Source: a virus. Taken from it: a DNA stretch of 40,041 nucleotides. Location: the IMG/VR virus record IMGVR_UViG_3300045988_056052. One strand, written 5' to 3'. Made by a program: the position numbers and the translations under genes. The notes beneath the pieces are model-generated. The model ran no database searches, had not been told where the DNA came from, and saw only the letters and a program-made list of their open reading frames with translations. This document shows positions 1-6,793 of the stretch, one piece after another; position 1 is the stretch's first letter; each line of letters begins with the position of its first letter.

Positions 1-99
1 ATAATTCTAACGTCAAGAAGTTCACGTATTATAAAGTCTATTCCGGACGCGGTACATGTAAGAGATGCCGCAGAAAAAGTATGGGGATGGCAAAAAAAC
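1..99. repeat. Terminal 99-bp direct repeat, identical to 39943..40041 (circular-assembly overlap or terminal redundancy)
   Basis: Read directly: bases 1-99 (ataattctaacgtcaag...ggcaaaaaaac) recur exactly at the 3' end of the window. Both copies lie in the portal reading frame. Confidence 0.95.
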
Positions 100-1328
100 T
101 TTCGGAGGACATCGCAGATCTTCTTCTGAATGAGCGCGTGATGATCACGCTGGAAGATGAGTCGACTCAGAAATTCGTGAAAAAAGTTCTAAACGATAAT
201 CATTTTCTTGTGACGGGAAACGACTACCAGGAACGAAAAGCTTATACCGGAACAGTAGCATATATCCCGTATCTCTATAACGCAACCGTACAGGAAGATG
301 GAACAGTATCAGACGGAAAAATCGGGATTAATTATGTAGATGCGAAGAATATTTATCCAGTCAGCTGGAACAACGGAAGCGTAACAGAGTGCATTTTTAC
401 ATTTATCCATACAATTAGACAAAAGAAATACGTGCAGATTCAGTTCCATAGAATGGACGAAAACGGCATGTATGTCATCGAAAACAATGTGCTGGAATGT
501 TCAAAAGGGAGCGCAGAGGGGCGAGAGCTGACGGAACAGGAATGGAAGCGGCTGAAGCCTTTTGCTAATTTGGCAGCAAGAACGGAGACAGGATCCACGA
601 ATCCACAGTTTGTTATTGACCGTCTGAACATCACGAACAATGCGGATGAAAGTAATCCTATGGGAATCGCGATATTTGCTAATTCTATTGATGTGCTGAA
701 AAAACTGGATATGGAATATGATTCTTACTGCAATGAGTTCGATCTTGGCAGAAAAAGGATTTTTGTTGCTCCTGAAATGCTGTCGAACATAGACGGTACT
801 CCGGTATTTGACCCGGAAGACAGCGTATTTTACTCACTCCCGGAAGATTATGATAAGAGCCAGACAGGATTGATCAAAGAGGTGGATATGAGCCTCAGAG
901 TAGAAGAACACAGCAAAGCGATCAATGATGATCTGAATTATCTGTCACTGAAATGTGGATTCGGAACAGAAAGATATCGGTTTGATGGTACTGGCGTAAA
1001 AACTGCAACAGAGGTAATATCCGAAAATTCAGATATGTACCGGATGCTAAAGAAGCATGAAATCATCCTGGATGATGTGCTGAAGCAATTAATTCAGATC
1101 ATTATCCGACTCGGGATTGTGACAGGGAACGCACTGGATATAAATACAGATATTGTGATCGCTTTTGACGATTCTATTATCGAGGATAAAGGCGCAGAGA
1201 GGCAGCAGGACCGTCAGGATGTCAGCATGGGAGTGATGCGGCATGAAGAATACCGTGCAAAATGGTATGGGGAGACCGTGGAGCAAGCAAGGCAAAATCT
1301 ACCAGAGCAGAATCAGGTGATGGAATAA
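3..1328 (+). CDS. Portal protein (SPP1 gp6-like), C-terminal part. The true start is ATG 39855 across the circular junction; track ORF 81..1328 begins at an internal Met.
   Basis: The frame is open from base 3. It is continuous and in the same frame as ORF 39855..40041 through the 99-bp overlap (1416 nt in total). It sits immediately after TerL. Size and N-terminus (MNIFNYFRKKGID...) are typical of Firmicutes siphophage portals. Confidence 0.85.
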   Translation, partial: NSNVKKFTYYKVYSGRGTCKRCRRKSMGMAKKLSEDIADLLLNERVMITLEDESTQKFVKKVLNDNHFLVTGNDYQERKAYTGTVAYIPYLYNATVQEDGTVSDGKIGINYVDAKNIYPVSWNNGSVTECIFTFIHTIRQKKYVQIQFHRMDENGMYVIENNVLECSKGSAEGRELTEQEWKRLKPFANLAARTETGSTNPQFVIDRLNITNNADESNPMGIAIFANSIDVLKKLDMEYDSYCNEFDLGRKRIFVAPEMLSNIDGTPVFDPEDSVFYSLPEDYDKSQTGLIKEVDMSLRVEEHSKAINDDLNYLSLKCGFGTERYRFDGTGVKTATEVISENSDMYRMLKKHEIILDDVLKQLIQIIIRLGIVTGNALDINTDIVIAFDDSIIEDKGAERQQDRQDVSMGVMRHEEYRAKWYGETVEQARQNLPEQNQVME

Positions 1329-1329
1329 T

Positions 1330-2094
1330 ATGCGAGATGATTACAAGAATCAGATGGCCAGTAAGATTGCTGGAAGATATCAAGATTTAGAACTCCGAAT
1401 CATGAAGGATATTGTCCGGCGAATCAAGAAAACCGGAAAGATTACAAGCACAGCAGACTGGCAGATTAACAGATTGCTTATTTTGGGTTATTCTTCAGAA
1501 GACATTGAAAAGGAAATTAAGAAAACGCTCGATGCTTCTTATCCAGAAATGTTTGAGTTGTATGATAAGGTAATTGATTGGGAATATGTCAGGAATAAGG
1601 ACATATATGAACAAATCAACGTAGAGCACATACCATTTGACCAGAACGAGCAACTTAAGCAGATTACAGATGCAATTATTGATCAAAGTTTTGCAGATTT
1701 GGAAAATATAACAAACTCGCTTGGTTTTTACTTAGATTATGGAGATGGTAAAAAGGTTATAACACCGCTGGCGCAGGTTTATACAAATTATCTTGATTCA
1801 GCATGTTTCGATATTGTAACCGGAGCATTCGATTACAACAGTGTGTTGCGTAGAGTTGTGACTCAGCTCACCAATAGTGGACTTCGACAGATCGATTATT
1901 CCTCCGGAAGAGCCAATCGGGTTGATGTAGCTGCAAGGAGAGCTGTCATGACTGGCGTTGCAAAGCTTACGCATAAGATAACCGAATATCATATGGAACA
2001 GCTCGGTTGTGAATATGTGGAAGTAAGCTGGCATGCAGGGGCAAGACCTTCACATTCTGTATGGCAGGGAAAAGTTTACAAATGGAATAAATAG
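1330..2094 (+). CDS. Minor head / head-morphogenesis protein (MuF / SPP1 gp7 / minor capsid protein 2 type), N-terminal half only
   Basis: It follows the portal. It ends with the family motif VEVSWHAGARPSHSVWQGKVY and then stops (KWNK*). The rest of the family motif resumes at 3228. Confidence 0.8.
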   Translation: MRDDYKNQMASKIAGRYQDLELRIMKDIVRRIKKTGKITSTADWQINRLLILGYSSEDIEKEIKKTLDASYPEMFELYDKVIDWEYVRNKDIYEQINVEHIPFDQNEQLKQITDAIIDQSFADLENITNSLGFYLDYGDGKKVITPLAQVYTNYLDSACFDIVTGAFDYNSVLRRVVTQLTNSGLRQIDYSSGRANRVDVAARRAVMTGVAKLTHKITEYHMEQLGCEYVEVSWHAGARPSHSVWQGKVYKWNK

Positions 2095-2097
2095 TAC

Positions 2098-2126
2098 TTG
2101 ACTTTTCGTGGCACAATAATTACAAT
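2098..2126 (+). promoter_or_regulatory. Sigma-70-type promoter of the inserted cassette (TTGACT-17 nt-TACAAT)
   Basis: TTGACT at 2098-2103, a 17-nt spacer, TACAAT at 2121-2126. It lies 4 nt after the MuF N-half stop codon and 34 nt upstream of the RHH start. Confidence 0.6.
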
Positions 2127-2141
2127 TTAATTGTGGCACAA
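2108..2141 (+). promoter_or_regulatory. Putative operator: direct repeat GTGGCACAA x2 flanking the -10 element
   Basis: GTGGCACAA occurs at 2108-2116 and 2133-2141 (25-bp period), bracketing TACAAT. This is a plausible autoregulatory site for the downstream RHH protein. Confidence 0.45.
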
Positions 2142-2159
2142 AAAAGCGAGGTGAATGAT

Positions 2160-2330
2160 ATGAGTCCACGAACAGGAAGACCTAAGATAGATAAACCAAA
2201 GACAATAGAGGTTAAAGCGAGAATTGATGAAGAAACAAATGAAAAATTGATGAAATATTGTAAAGAAAATCAGTTAAACAGAACCGATGTTGTGAGAATG
2301 GGGATTGAAAAGGTTCTTGAACACAAATAG
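2160..2330 (+). CDS. Ribbon-helix-helix (CopG/Arc-like) DNA-binding protein, 56 aa
   Basis: SD GAGGTG then ATG 2160. The sequence MSPRTGRPKIDKPKTIEVKARIDEETNEKLMKYCKENQLNRTDVVRMGIEKVL has the RHH beta-strand / helix / helix pattern. The track ORF starts earlier, at 2133. Confidence 0.7.
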   Translation: MSPRTGRPKIDKPKTIEVKARIDEETNEKLMKYCKENQLNRTDVVRMGIEKVLEHK

Positions 2331-2444
2331 AACGTTGCCACGCTACCAACGAAAACAACGTTCTATCAAACCGAAGGAATCCCTTCATGAAATATTTTAA
2401 CATGTCTTGGGATTCCTTGCAATGAGAAAGCGAGGAGAAAACAA

Positions 2445-3161
2445 ATGCAGTTACCAGAAACAGTAGAAGTAAAAGGAATGAAAGTTCTTACGACTCGGCA
2501 AATAGCTGAAGCGTATGGAGTGTCTAAGGACAAGATAATTTACAATTTTAACTATAATAAAGACAGATATGTTCTTGGAAAACACTATATTGAGGTGTTT
2601 GGGGAAGAATTAAGGAGATTGAAAAGGACATGTGAAATTCAAAGCTCCTTCAAATACGCCAAGACATTGTATCTTTGGACAGAGAAAGGTGCATTGCTCC
2701 ATGCCAAATCTTTGAACACGGATAAGGCGTGGGAAGTATATGATTATCTGGTGGATTTTTACTTCCGAGCAAAGGAAGAACCGAAAGAAACAAAGCCTGT
2801 TCCTGTTGATACAGTACCAGTCGTAAGTAGGCAGAAAGATAAGAAGCTTCCACAGATTGACAATCCAATCGGGGTACTTAAGCTGTTGCTTCAGGTAGCA
2901 GAAGATAATGGCATTGGAGTGAGTTCCTACCCGTTCAAGACGTTTGAGAGCGTATTGAAAAACGGAAACATCGGTATCAGAACTGGCGTGACGGTCGAAA
3001 AGGCATGTTATGAACTGGCGTGGGAGCTGTCTCATGCGTTTATCCACTATCGGAATGGGGATTTGATTAAGAGTCCGCTGGCAAAGGATTACAATGATCA
3101 GGCAACACGGTCAGCTGAGTTGATCCTGAAAGTTCTGAATGTAAAAATGAGTCAATTGTAA
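2445..3161 (+). CDS. ORF6N/KilA-N-type DNA-binding domain fused to an ImmA/IrrE-like domain (antirepressor-like)
   Basis: The N-terminus (VLTTRQIAEAYGVSKDKIIYNFNYNKDRYVLGKHYIEV...LYLWTEKGALLHAKSL) looks like ORF6N. The C-terminus GIRTGVTVEKACYELAWELSHAFIH parallels AIRKDMNTVQKACTLAEELGHHH of the ImmA homologue at 21645..22109. Confidence 0.65.
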   Translation: MQLPETVEVKGMKVLTTRQIAEAYGVSKDKIIYNFNYNKDRYVLGKHYIEVFGEELRRLKRTCEIQSSFKYAKTLYLWTEKGALLHAKSLNTDKAWEVYDYLVDFYFRAKEEPKETKPVPVDTVPVVSRQKDKKLPQIDNPIGVLKLLLQVAEDNGIGVSSYPFKTFESVLKNGNIGIRTGVTVEKACYELAWELSHAFIHYRNGDLIKSPLAKDYNDQATRSAELILKVLNVKMSQL

Positions 3162-3175
3162 AAAAACAGTTATTT

Positions 3176-3210
3176 AAAGAGAGTCTTATTTAAGGCTCTC
3201 TTTTGTTGTG
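3176..3210 (+). terminator. Rho-independent terminator closing the cassette
   Basis: A 10-bp stem, agagagtctt (3178-3187) / aaggctctct (3192-3201), with loop attt, followed by tttgttgtg. Confidence 0.65.
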
Positions 3211-3227
3211 GAGGGGGTGATGCGAGC

Positions 3228-3308
3228 ATGGCAGATTATCCAGACTTTGTCAGTAGTACAGGTTATGGGACCGGTGAAGGATTAGGAGGTTGGAACTGCT
3301 ACCATTGA
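3228..3308 (+). pseudogene. Restart of the MuF gene (C-terminal half): 26 codons ending at an in-frame TGA
   Basis: SD GGAGGGGG then ATG 3228: MADYPDFVSSTGYGTGEGLGGWNCYH, then TGA at 3306-3308. The same frame continues open (HEYYPFFPGISQRNW...) into ORF 3456..4193. Confidence 0.6.
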
Positions 3309-3455
3309 CACGAGTATTATCCGTTCTTTCCTGGCATTTCACAGCGCAACTGGACAGATGAATGGCTGGATGCGAAGAACGAGGAAGAGGCAGAACCTAA
3401 GACGTTTGACGGCAGAGAGTATACCCTGTATGAAGCAAAACAAAGGCAACGCCAA

Positions 3456-4193
3456 ATGGAGACAGCCATGAGGGCACAGCGTGAAAAAGTCAAATTATTG
3501 CAGGATGGTGGTGCTGATCAGGACGAAGTCATTCTGCACAAAGCGAAATATCAAGGGCAGCTTAACGAGTATTCCCGGTTCTGCAGGAAGATGGGTCTCA
3601 CGGAAGAGCTTGAGCGTATTTATCTGGACATGAAAGGGAGAGCTGCGCCAGATGCAAGAAAAATGTCGTTAAATGATACGAGTGACAAGTGGAAGCGTGC
3701 AGCGAGATCAGAGCTTAAGAAAGATGAAGAATCATTGTCATGGCGAGAAAAAGAAACGGCAGTTATATATGATTCAAATGGAAAATATCTGTTCACAAAA
3801 CGGGGGGATGAAAGAAGTGTAAGTTTTACAAAGTCAGAAATCAAAAAAATGAAGAATTGTATTGTTTCACATAATCACCCGTCTGGAGCATCGTTTTCTC
3901 TGGCGGATTGGACAGTCTTTAAAAGAGCTAAGTTGCAAGAACTTAGAGCCATAGGGGAAGACAAGGTTTATTATATTCGAGTCGGTGAAAAAGCTGAACA
4001 ATTATGGAATATGCCTGATGATGACTTTATTGAGCTGTATGAGGATATACGAAAGAAAATACGAAAAGAGTATCATAATCTGTACAAGAGTGGTAAAATA
4101 AATAAAAAAGAACGATTGCTACTGAGTTCCGATGAGTACAATAGGATTATCGCTGAGAAAGTAGGAGTAAAGTATGGAAAAGAATATTTCTAG
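3456..4193 (+). CDS. MuF C-terminal region plus JAB/MPN-like domain (longest uninterrupted ORF of the C-terminal half)
   Basis: It is in frame with 3228..3308. The N-terminal part is the helical MuF tail (QRQMETAMRAQREKVKLL...). The C-terminal part has E(98/100)...H139-N-H141-P-S-G-A-S-F-S148-L-A-D151, a JAMM-like signature with spacing one residue shorter than canonical HxHx7SxxD. Confidence 0.7.
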   Translation: METAMRAQREKVKLLQDGGADQDEVILHKAKYQGQLNEYSRFCRKMGLTEELERIYLDMKGRAAPDARKMSLNDTSDKWKRAARSELKKDEESLSWREKETAVIYDSNGKYLFTKRGDERSVSFTKSEIKKMKNCIVSHNHPSGASFSLADWTVFKRAKLQELRAIGEDKVYYIRVGEKAEQLWNMPDDDFIELYEDIRKKIRKEYHNLYKSGKINKKERLLLSSDEYNRIIAEKVGVKYGKEYF

Positions 4194-4323
4194 GTCTGAA
4201 AAGAAAGTTAATATTTCTGAGATGCCACCAGGCAAAAGTTTTGATGATTATACAGATGATACAATTTTTGTTTTAGACGATTCAGATGATGACAATTGGG
4301 AAGAAGAGGAAAATATAGATTAG
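4174..4323 (+). CDS. Small, highly acidic protein (49 aa), overlapping the end of the MuF-JAB ORF
   Basis: SD GTAGGAG then ATG 4174: MEKNISRSEKKVNISEMPPGKSFDDYTDDTIFVLDDSDDDNWEEEENID. It is too short for the ORF track. The last 27 residues include 14 Asp/Glu. Confidence 0.45.
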   Translation: MEKNISRSEKKVNISEMPPGKSFDDYTDDTIFVLDDSDDDNWEEEENID

Positions 4324-4381
4324 CTACCACCAGTCAATATGGCCGGTGGTATTTTTGTACTCGTTTTCAGGAGGTGATCCA

Positions 4382-4669
4382 GTGATTGAAATAAGAATAG
4401 CTTCAAATAGTATCCACATGACGGGACATGCCTGCCGGAAAGGTGCAGACGGCATTGACAGGGTGTGTGCCGGAGTATCTGCACTTACCTGTAATCTGAT
4501 CAATTCGCTCAGAGACCTGACGGGAGACCGGATCAGAGCCGATACTGGAAGTGGAATGACAATAATTGAATGGGAAAAACTATCAGATGGTGGAAAACTT
4601 CTGATGGATTCTTGGTTCCTTGGGGTTACAGATATTAACAGGGAATACAACTGTATAACATTTATGTAG
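4382..4669 (+). CDS. prp: Prp-like (ribosomal-processing cysteine protease / DUF464 family) capsid-maturation protease
   Basis: SD AGGAGG then GTG 4382. The sequence VIEIRIASNSIHMTGHACRKGADGIDRVCAGVSALTCNLINSL carries the GHA...D.VCA.VSAL His/Cys signature of Prp. It lies directly upstream of scaffold and capsid. Confidence 0.75.
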   Translation: MIEIRIASNSIHMTGHACRKGADGIDRVCAGVSALTCNLINSLRDLTGDRIRADTGSGMTIIEWEKLSDGGKLLMDSWFLGVTDINREYNCITFM

Positions 4670-4695
4670 AAAACATCCTTCGGGGTGTTTTTATT
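4670..4695 (+). terminator. Terminator-like hairpin between prp and the scaffold gene
   Basis: aaaacatcc-ttcg-ggggtgtttt followed by tatt. Probably partial or attenuating, since the head genes continue downstream. Confidence 0.4.
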
Positions 4696-4756
4696 ATGTC
4701 CAAAACGTGAAGACGGAAAAAGCTCAGAGCCTGTCGAGGCAAAACGGAGGTATGAA

Positions 4757-5368
4757 ATGTATAAAAAAAGAATGATGTTACAGCTCTTTGAAGACGGCGC
4801 AGGAGCTGGCTCTGGTACACAGGGGGGAAATGCCGGGAATGGAGATGGTGGAAACGGATCCACTGGTGGCGCATCCGGAGCACATGAAACCGGAACATAT
4901 ACCTATGAACAATTGGAAGAGATTGCAAGTTCGCGAGCGAAAAAGTCGGAAAGAGCAGCTCTTGCAAATTTCTTCAGAGGTCAGGGAATGACAGAAGACG
5001 AGGTAACTCAGGCAATCAGCCAGTTCAAAACAGAGAGAGCTAAAAACCAGCCGAACGTAGCACAGTTACAACAGCAGTTAGCAGAATCTCAGAACAAGGT
5101 CCGGCAGATGGAAAATGAAAAATTCTTGTCCGGCAAAGGAGTAAAGGCGGACGATCTGGACTATGTAACTTTTAAAATCTCCAAAATGGTAGATGATAAA
5201 ACAACATTTGAAAAGGCAGCAGAGAAGTTTTTGAAAGAGAATCCAAGATATACAGGCGGTGGCTCTTATCGCATCGCAGATTCTTCAGTAGGAAATGCAT
5301 CCGATGGTTCCGGTGGGAACATGAACGCTTCCATCAATGACCGGATCAGAGCTGCCGCACGAAGATAA
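4757..5368 (+). CDS. Capsid scaffolding protein
   Basis: SD GGAGG then ATG 4757 (the track ORF starts upstream at 4685). It is Gly-rich and coiled-coil-like, sits immediately before the major capsid gene, and has the N-terminal leader MYKKRMMLQLF. Confidence 0.75.
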   Translation: MYKKRMMLQLFEDGAGAGSGTQGGNAGNGDGGNGSTGGASGAHETGTYTYEQLEEIASSRAKKSERAALANFFRGQGMTEDEVTQAISQFKTERAKNQPNVAQLQQQLAESQNKVRQMENEKFLSGKGVKADDLDYVTFKISKMVDDKTTFEKAAEKFLKENPRYTGGGSYRIADSSVGNASDGSGGNMNASINDRIRAAARR

Positions 5369-5382
5369 CGGAGGTAGAGTAA

Positions 5383-6363
5383 ATGCAGAATAGAAGAATG
5401 AATTTAAGATTGTTTGACACAGATGCAAATATCATTGATCGTACCGGAGCAGAGGCTCTGATTCCAATTCAGGAATCCAATGAGATCATCCAGGGAACAA
5501 TCGCACAGTCAGCTGTACTGTCAAGGGGCCGTAAGCTGGCAAACATGACAAGCAAGCAGTATAAAATGCCGGTACTGGATATGCTGCCGATTGCTTATTT
5601 TGTAAATGGTGATAACGGACAGAAGAAAACTACGAAACAGGCATGGGATAAGAAATTTATCACTGCCGAAGAGATTGCAGTTATTGTTCCGATTCCGGAA
5701 GCAGTCCTGGATGATTCCGAGTACGACATCTGGGGAGAGGTAAAGCCAAGAGTAACAGAGGCGTTTGGAAAGGTTATCGACAGTGCGGTATTATTTGGTG
5801 AAAATAAACCGTCTACATGGAGAGATGATGTGGTTGCAACCGCAACAAAGGCAAATGCTGTTATCACATTAGGAACGGCTGACAGTCTGTATGACAAGAT
5901 CATGGCAGAAGACGGGGTGATTGCACACGTTGAAGACTGTGGATACTTTGTGAACGGCCATATGGCAGATATTTCCATGAGAGCTAAACTCAGAGGTCTG
6001 AAGAATGCAAACGGAGATCCGTTGTTCAAGCAGGATCTGCAGGGCTCTACCCAGTATGCGCTGGATGGATCACCGATGAATTTCCCGAACAATGGTGCAT
6101 TTGATAAGTCAAAGGCGCTTATGATTTCCGGAGATTTCTCACAGCTGGTATATTCCATCAGACAGGATATTACTTTTAAGCTGTTTACGGAAGGTGTTGT
6201 TCAGAATACAGATGGCACAATCGCATACAATCTGATGCAGAACGATATGGTTGCGCTTCGTGCAGTGATGCGTCTTGGATGGGAAATCCCGAACCCGATC
6301 AATTCACTGAAGACAGACAAGACCAAGAGATGTCCGTTTGCAGTTCTGAAATCCGGTGAGTAA
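5383..6363 (+). CDS. Major capsid protein (HK97 fold)
   Basis: 326 aa, strong SD, positioned after the scaffold. The leader MQNRRMNLRLF resembles the scaffold leader. Sequence character is typical of the Phage_capsid family. Confidence 0.85.
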   Translation: MQNRRMNLRLFDTDANIIDRTGAEALIPIQESNEIIQGTIAQSAVLSRGRKLANMTSKQYKMPVLDMLPIAYFVNGDNGQKKTTKQAWDKKFITAEEIAVIVPIPEAVLDDSEYDIWGEVKPRVTEAFGKVIDSAVLFGENKPSTWRDDVVATATKANAVITLGTADSLYDKIMAEDGVIAHVEDCGYFVNGHMADISMRAKLRGLKNANGDPLFKQDLQGSTQYALDGSPMNFPNNGAFDKSKALMISGDFSQLVYSIRQDITFKLFTEGVVQNTDGTIAYNLMQNDMVALRAVMRLGWEIPNPINSLKTDKTKRCPFAVLKSGE

Positions 6364-6379
6364 GGGAAGGTGATGATCT

Positions 6380-6793
6380 ATGCAGGTCACGTATGGATAT
6401 TATGCAGACGAATATGGAGGAAGAACCATTCCGGAACAGGACTTTCGAAAAGCCGAAAGGCAGGCGGAAGCCTATATCCGGCATTTGACTTATGTGAAAG
6501 GTGATCTCTTTGCTGTGGAAAATGACGCGGTAAAAGATGCTGTTTGCGCTGCAGCAGAGGTTTATTACAAATACAATGCACAGCAGCAGTCAGAAACCCC
6601 GTTGGTGAAGTCAGAAAATAATGACGGATACAGTGTCACTTATGTTACAGAGCAGACGGATGGAAAGACAGCAGAAGAGATTGTGAAGAAAAAGGTATAT
6701 GATGCGGTATATCCTTATCTTCTTCCTACTGGATGGCTGTCAAGAAAGGTGGGGATGCGTTGTGATCACAAATATGGATGTGACTGTTTATAA
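6380..6793 (+). CDS. Head-tail connector (gp6-like DNA-packaging/connector protein)
   Basis: Position directly after the capsid gene; its size; N-terminus MQVTYGYYADEYGG..IPEQDFRKAERQAEAYI is typical of gp6-like connectors. Confidence 0.6.
   Translation: MQVTYGYYADEYGGRTIPEQDFRKAERQAEAYIRHLTYVKGDLFAVENDAVKDAVCAAAEVYYKYNAQQQSETPLVKSENNDGYSVTYVTEQTDGKTAEEIVKKKVYDAVYPYLLPTGWLSRKVGMRCDHKYGCDCL

Noticed and set aside
1-99. The 99-bp end repeats as LTR or att-type biological repeats or prophage boundaries
   Set aside because: The repeat lies inside a continuous portal reading frame, and no host-like DNA flanks it. An assembler k-mer overlap on a circular or terminally redundant genome is the simpler explanation.
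3306-3308. Genome-wide TGA reassignment (code 4/25-like) as the explanation for the in-frame TGA
   Set aside because: TGA terminates several well-defined genes, each followed at once by the next SD and start (major tail at 8480, 14088, holin at 18112, cro-like at 23091). No other gene needs TGA readthrough.
4324-4863. 179-aa minus-strand ORF spanning the prp gene and the scaffold start
   Set aside because: It is antisense to two well-supported + strand genes. Its composition is Pro/Ser-rich and low-complexity, it has no SD, and it lies in a block where every real gene is on the + strand. It is a shadow ORF.
5595-6158. Long minus-strand ORFs inside the capsid, TMP, Ig-like and accessory genes (5595..6158, 11152..11724, 15696..16450, 30754..31236 and similar)
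   Set aside because: All lie antisense to strongly supported genes, lack ribosome-binding sites, and have composition typical of reverse-frame translation.
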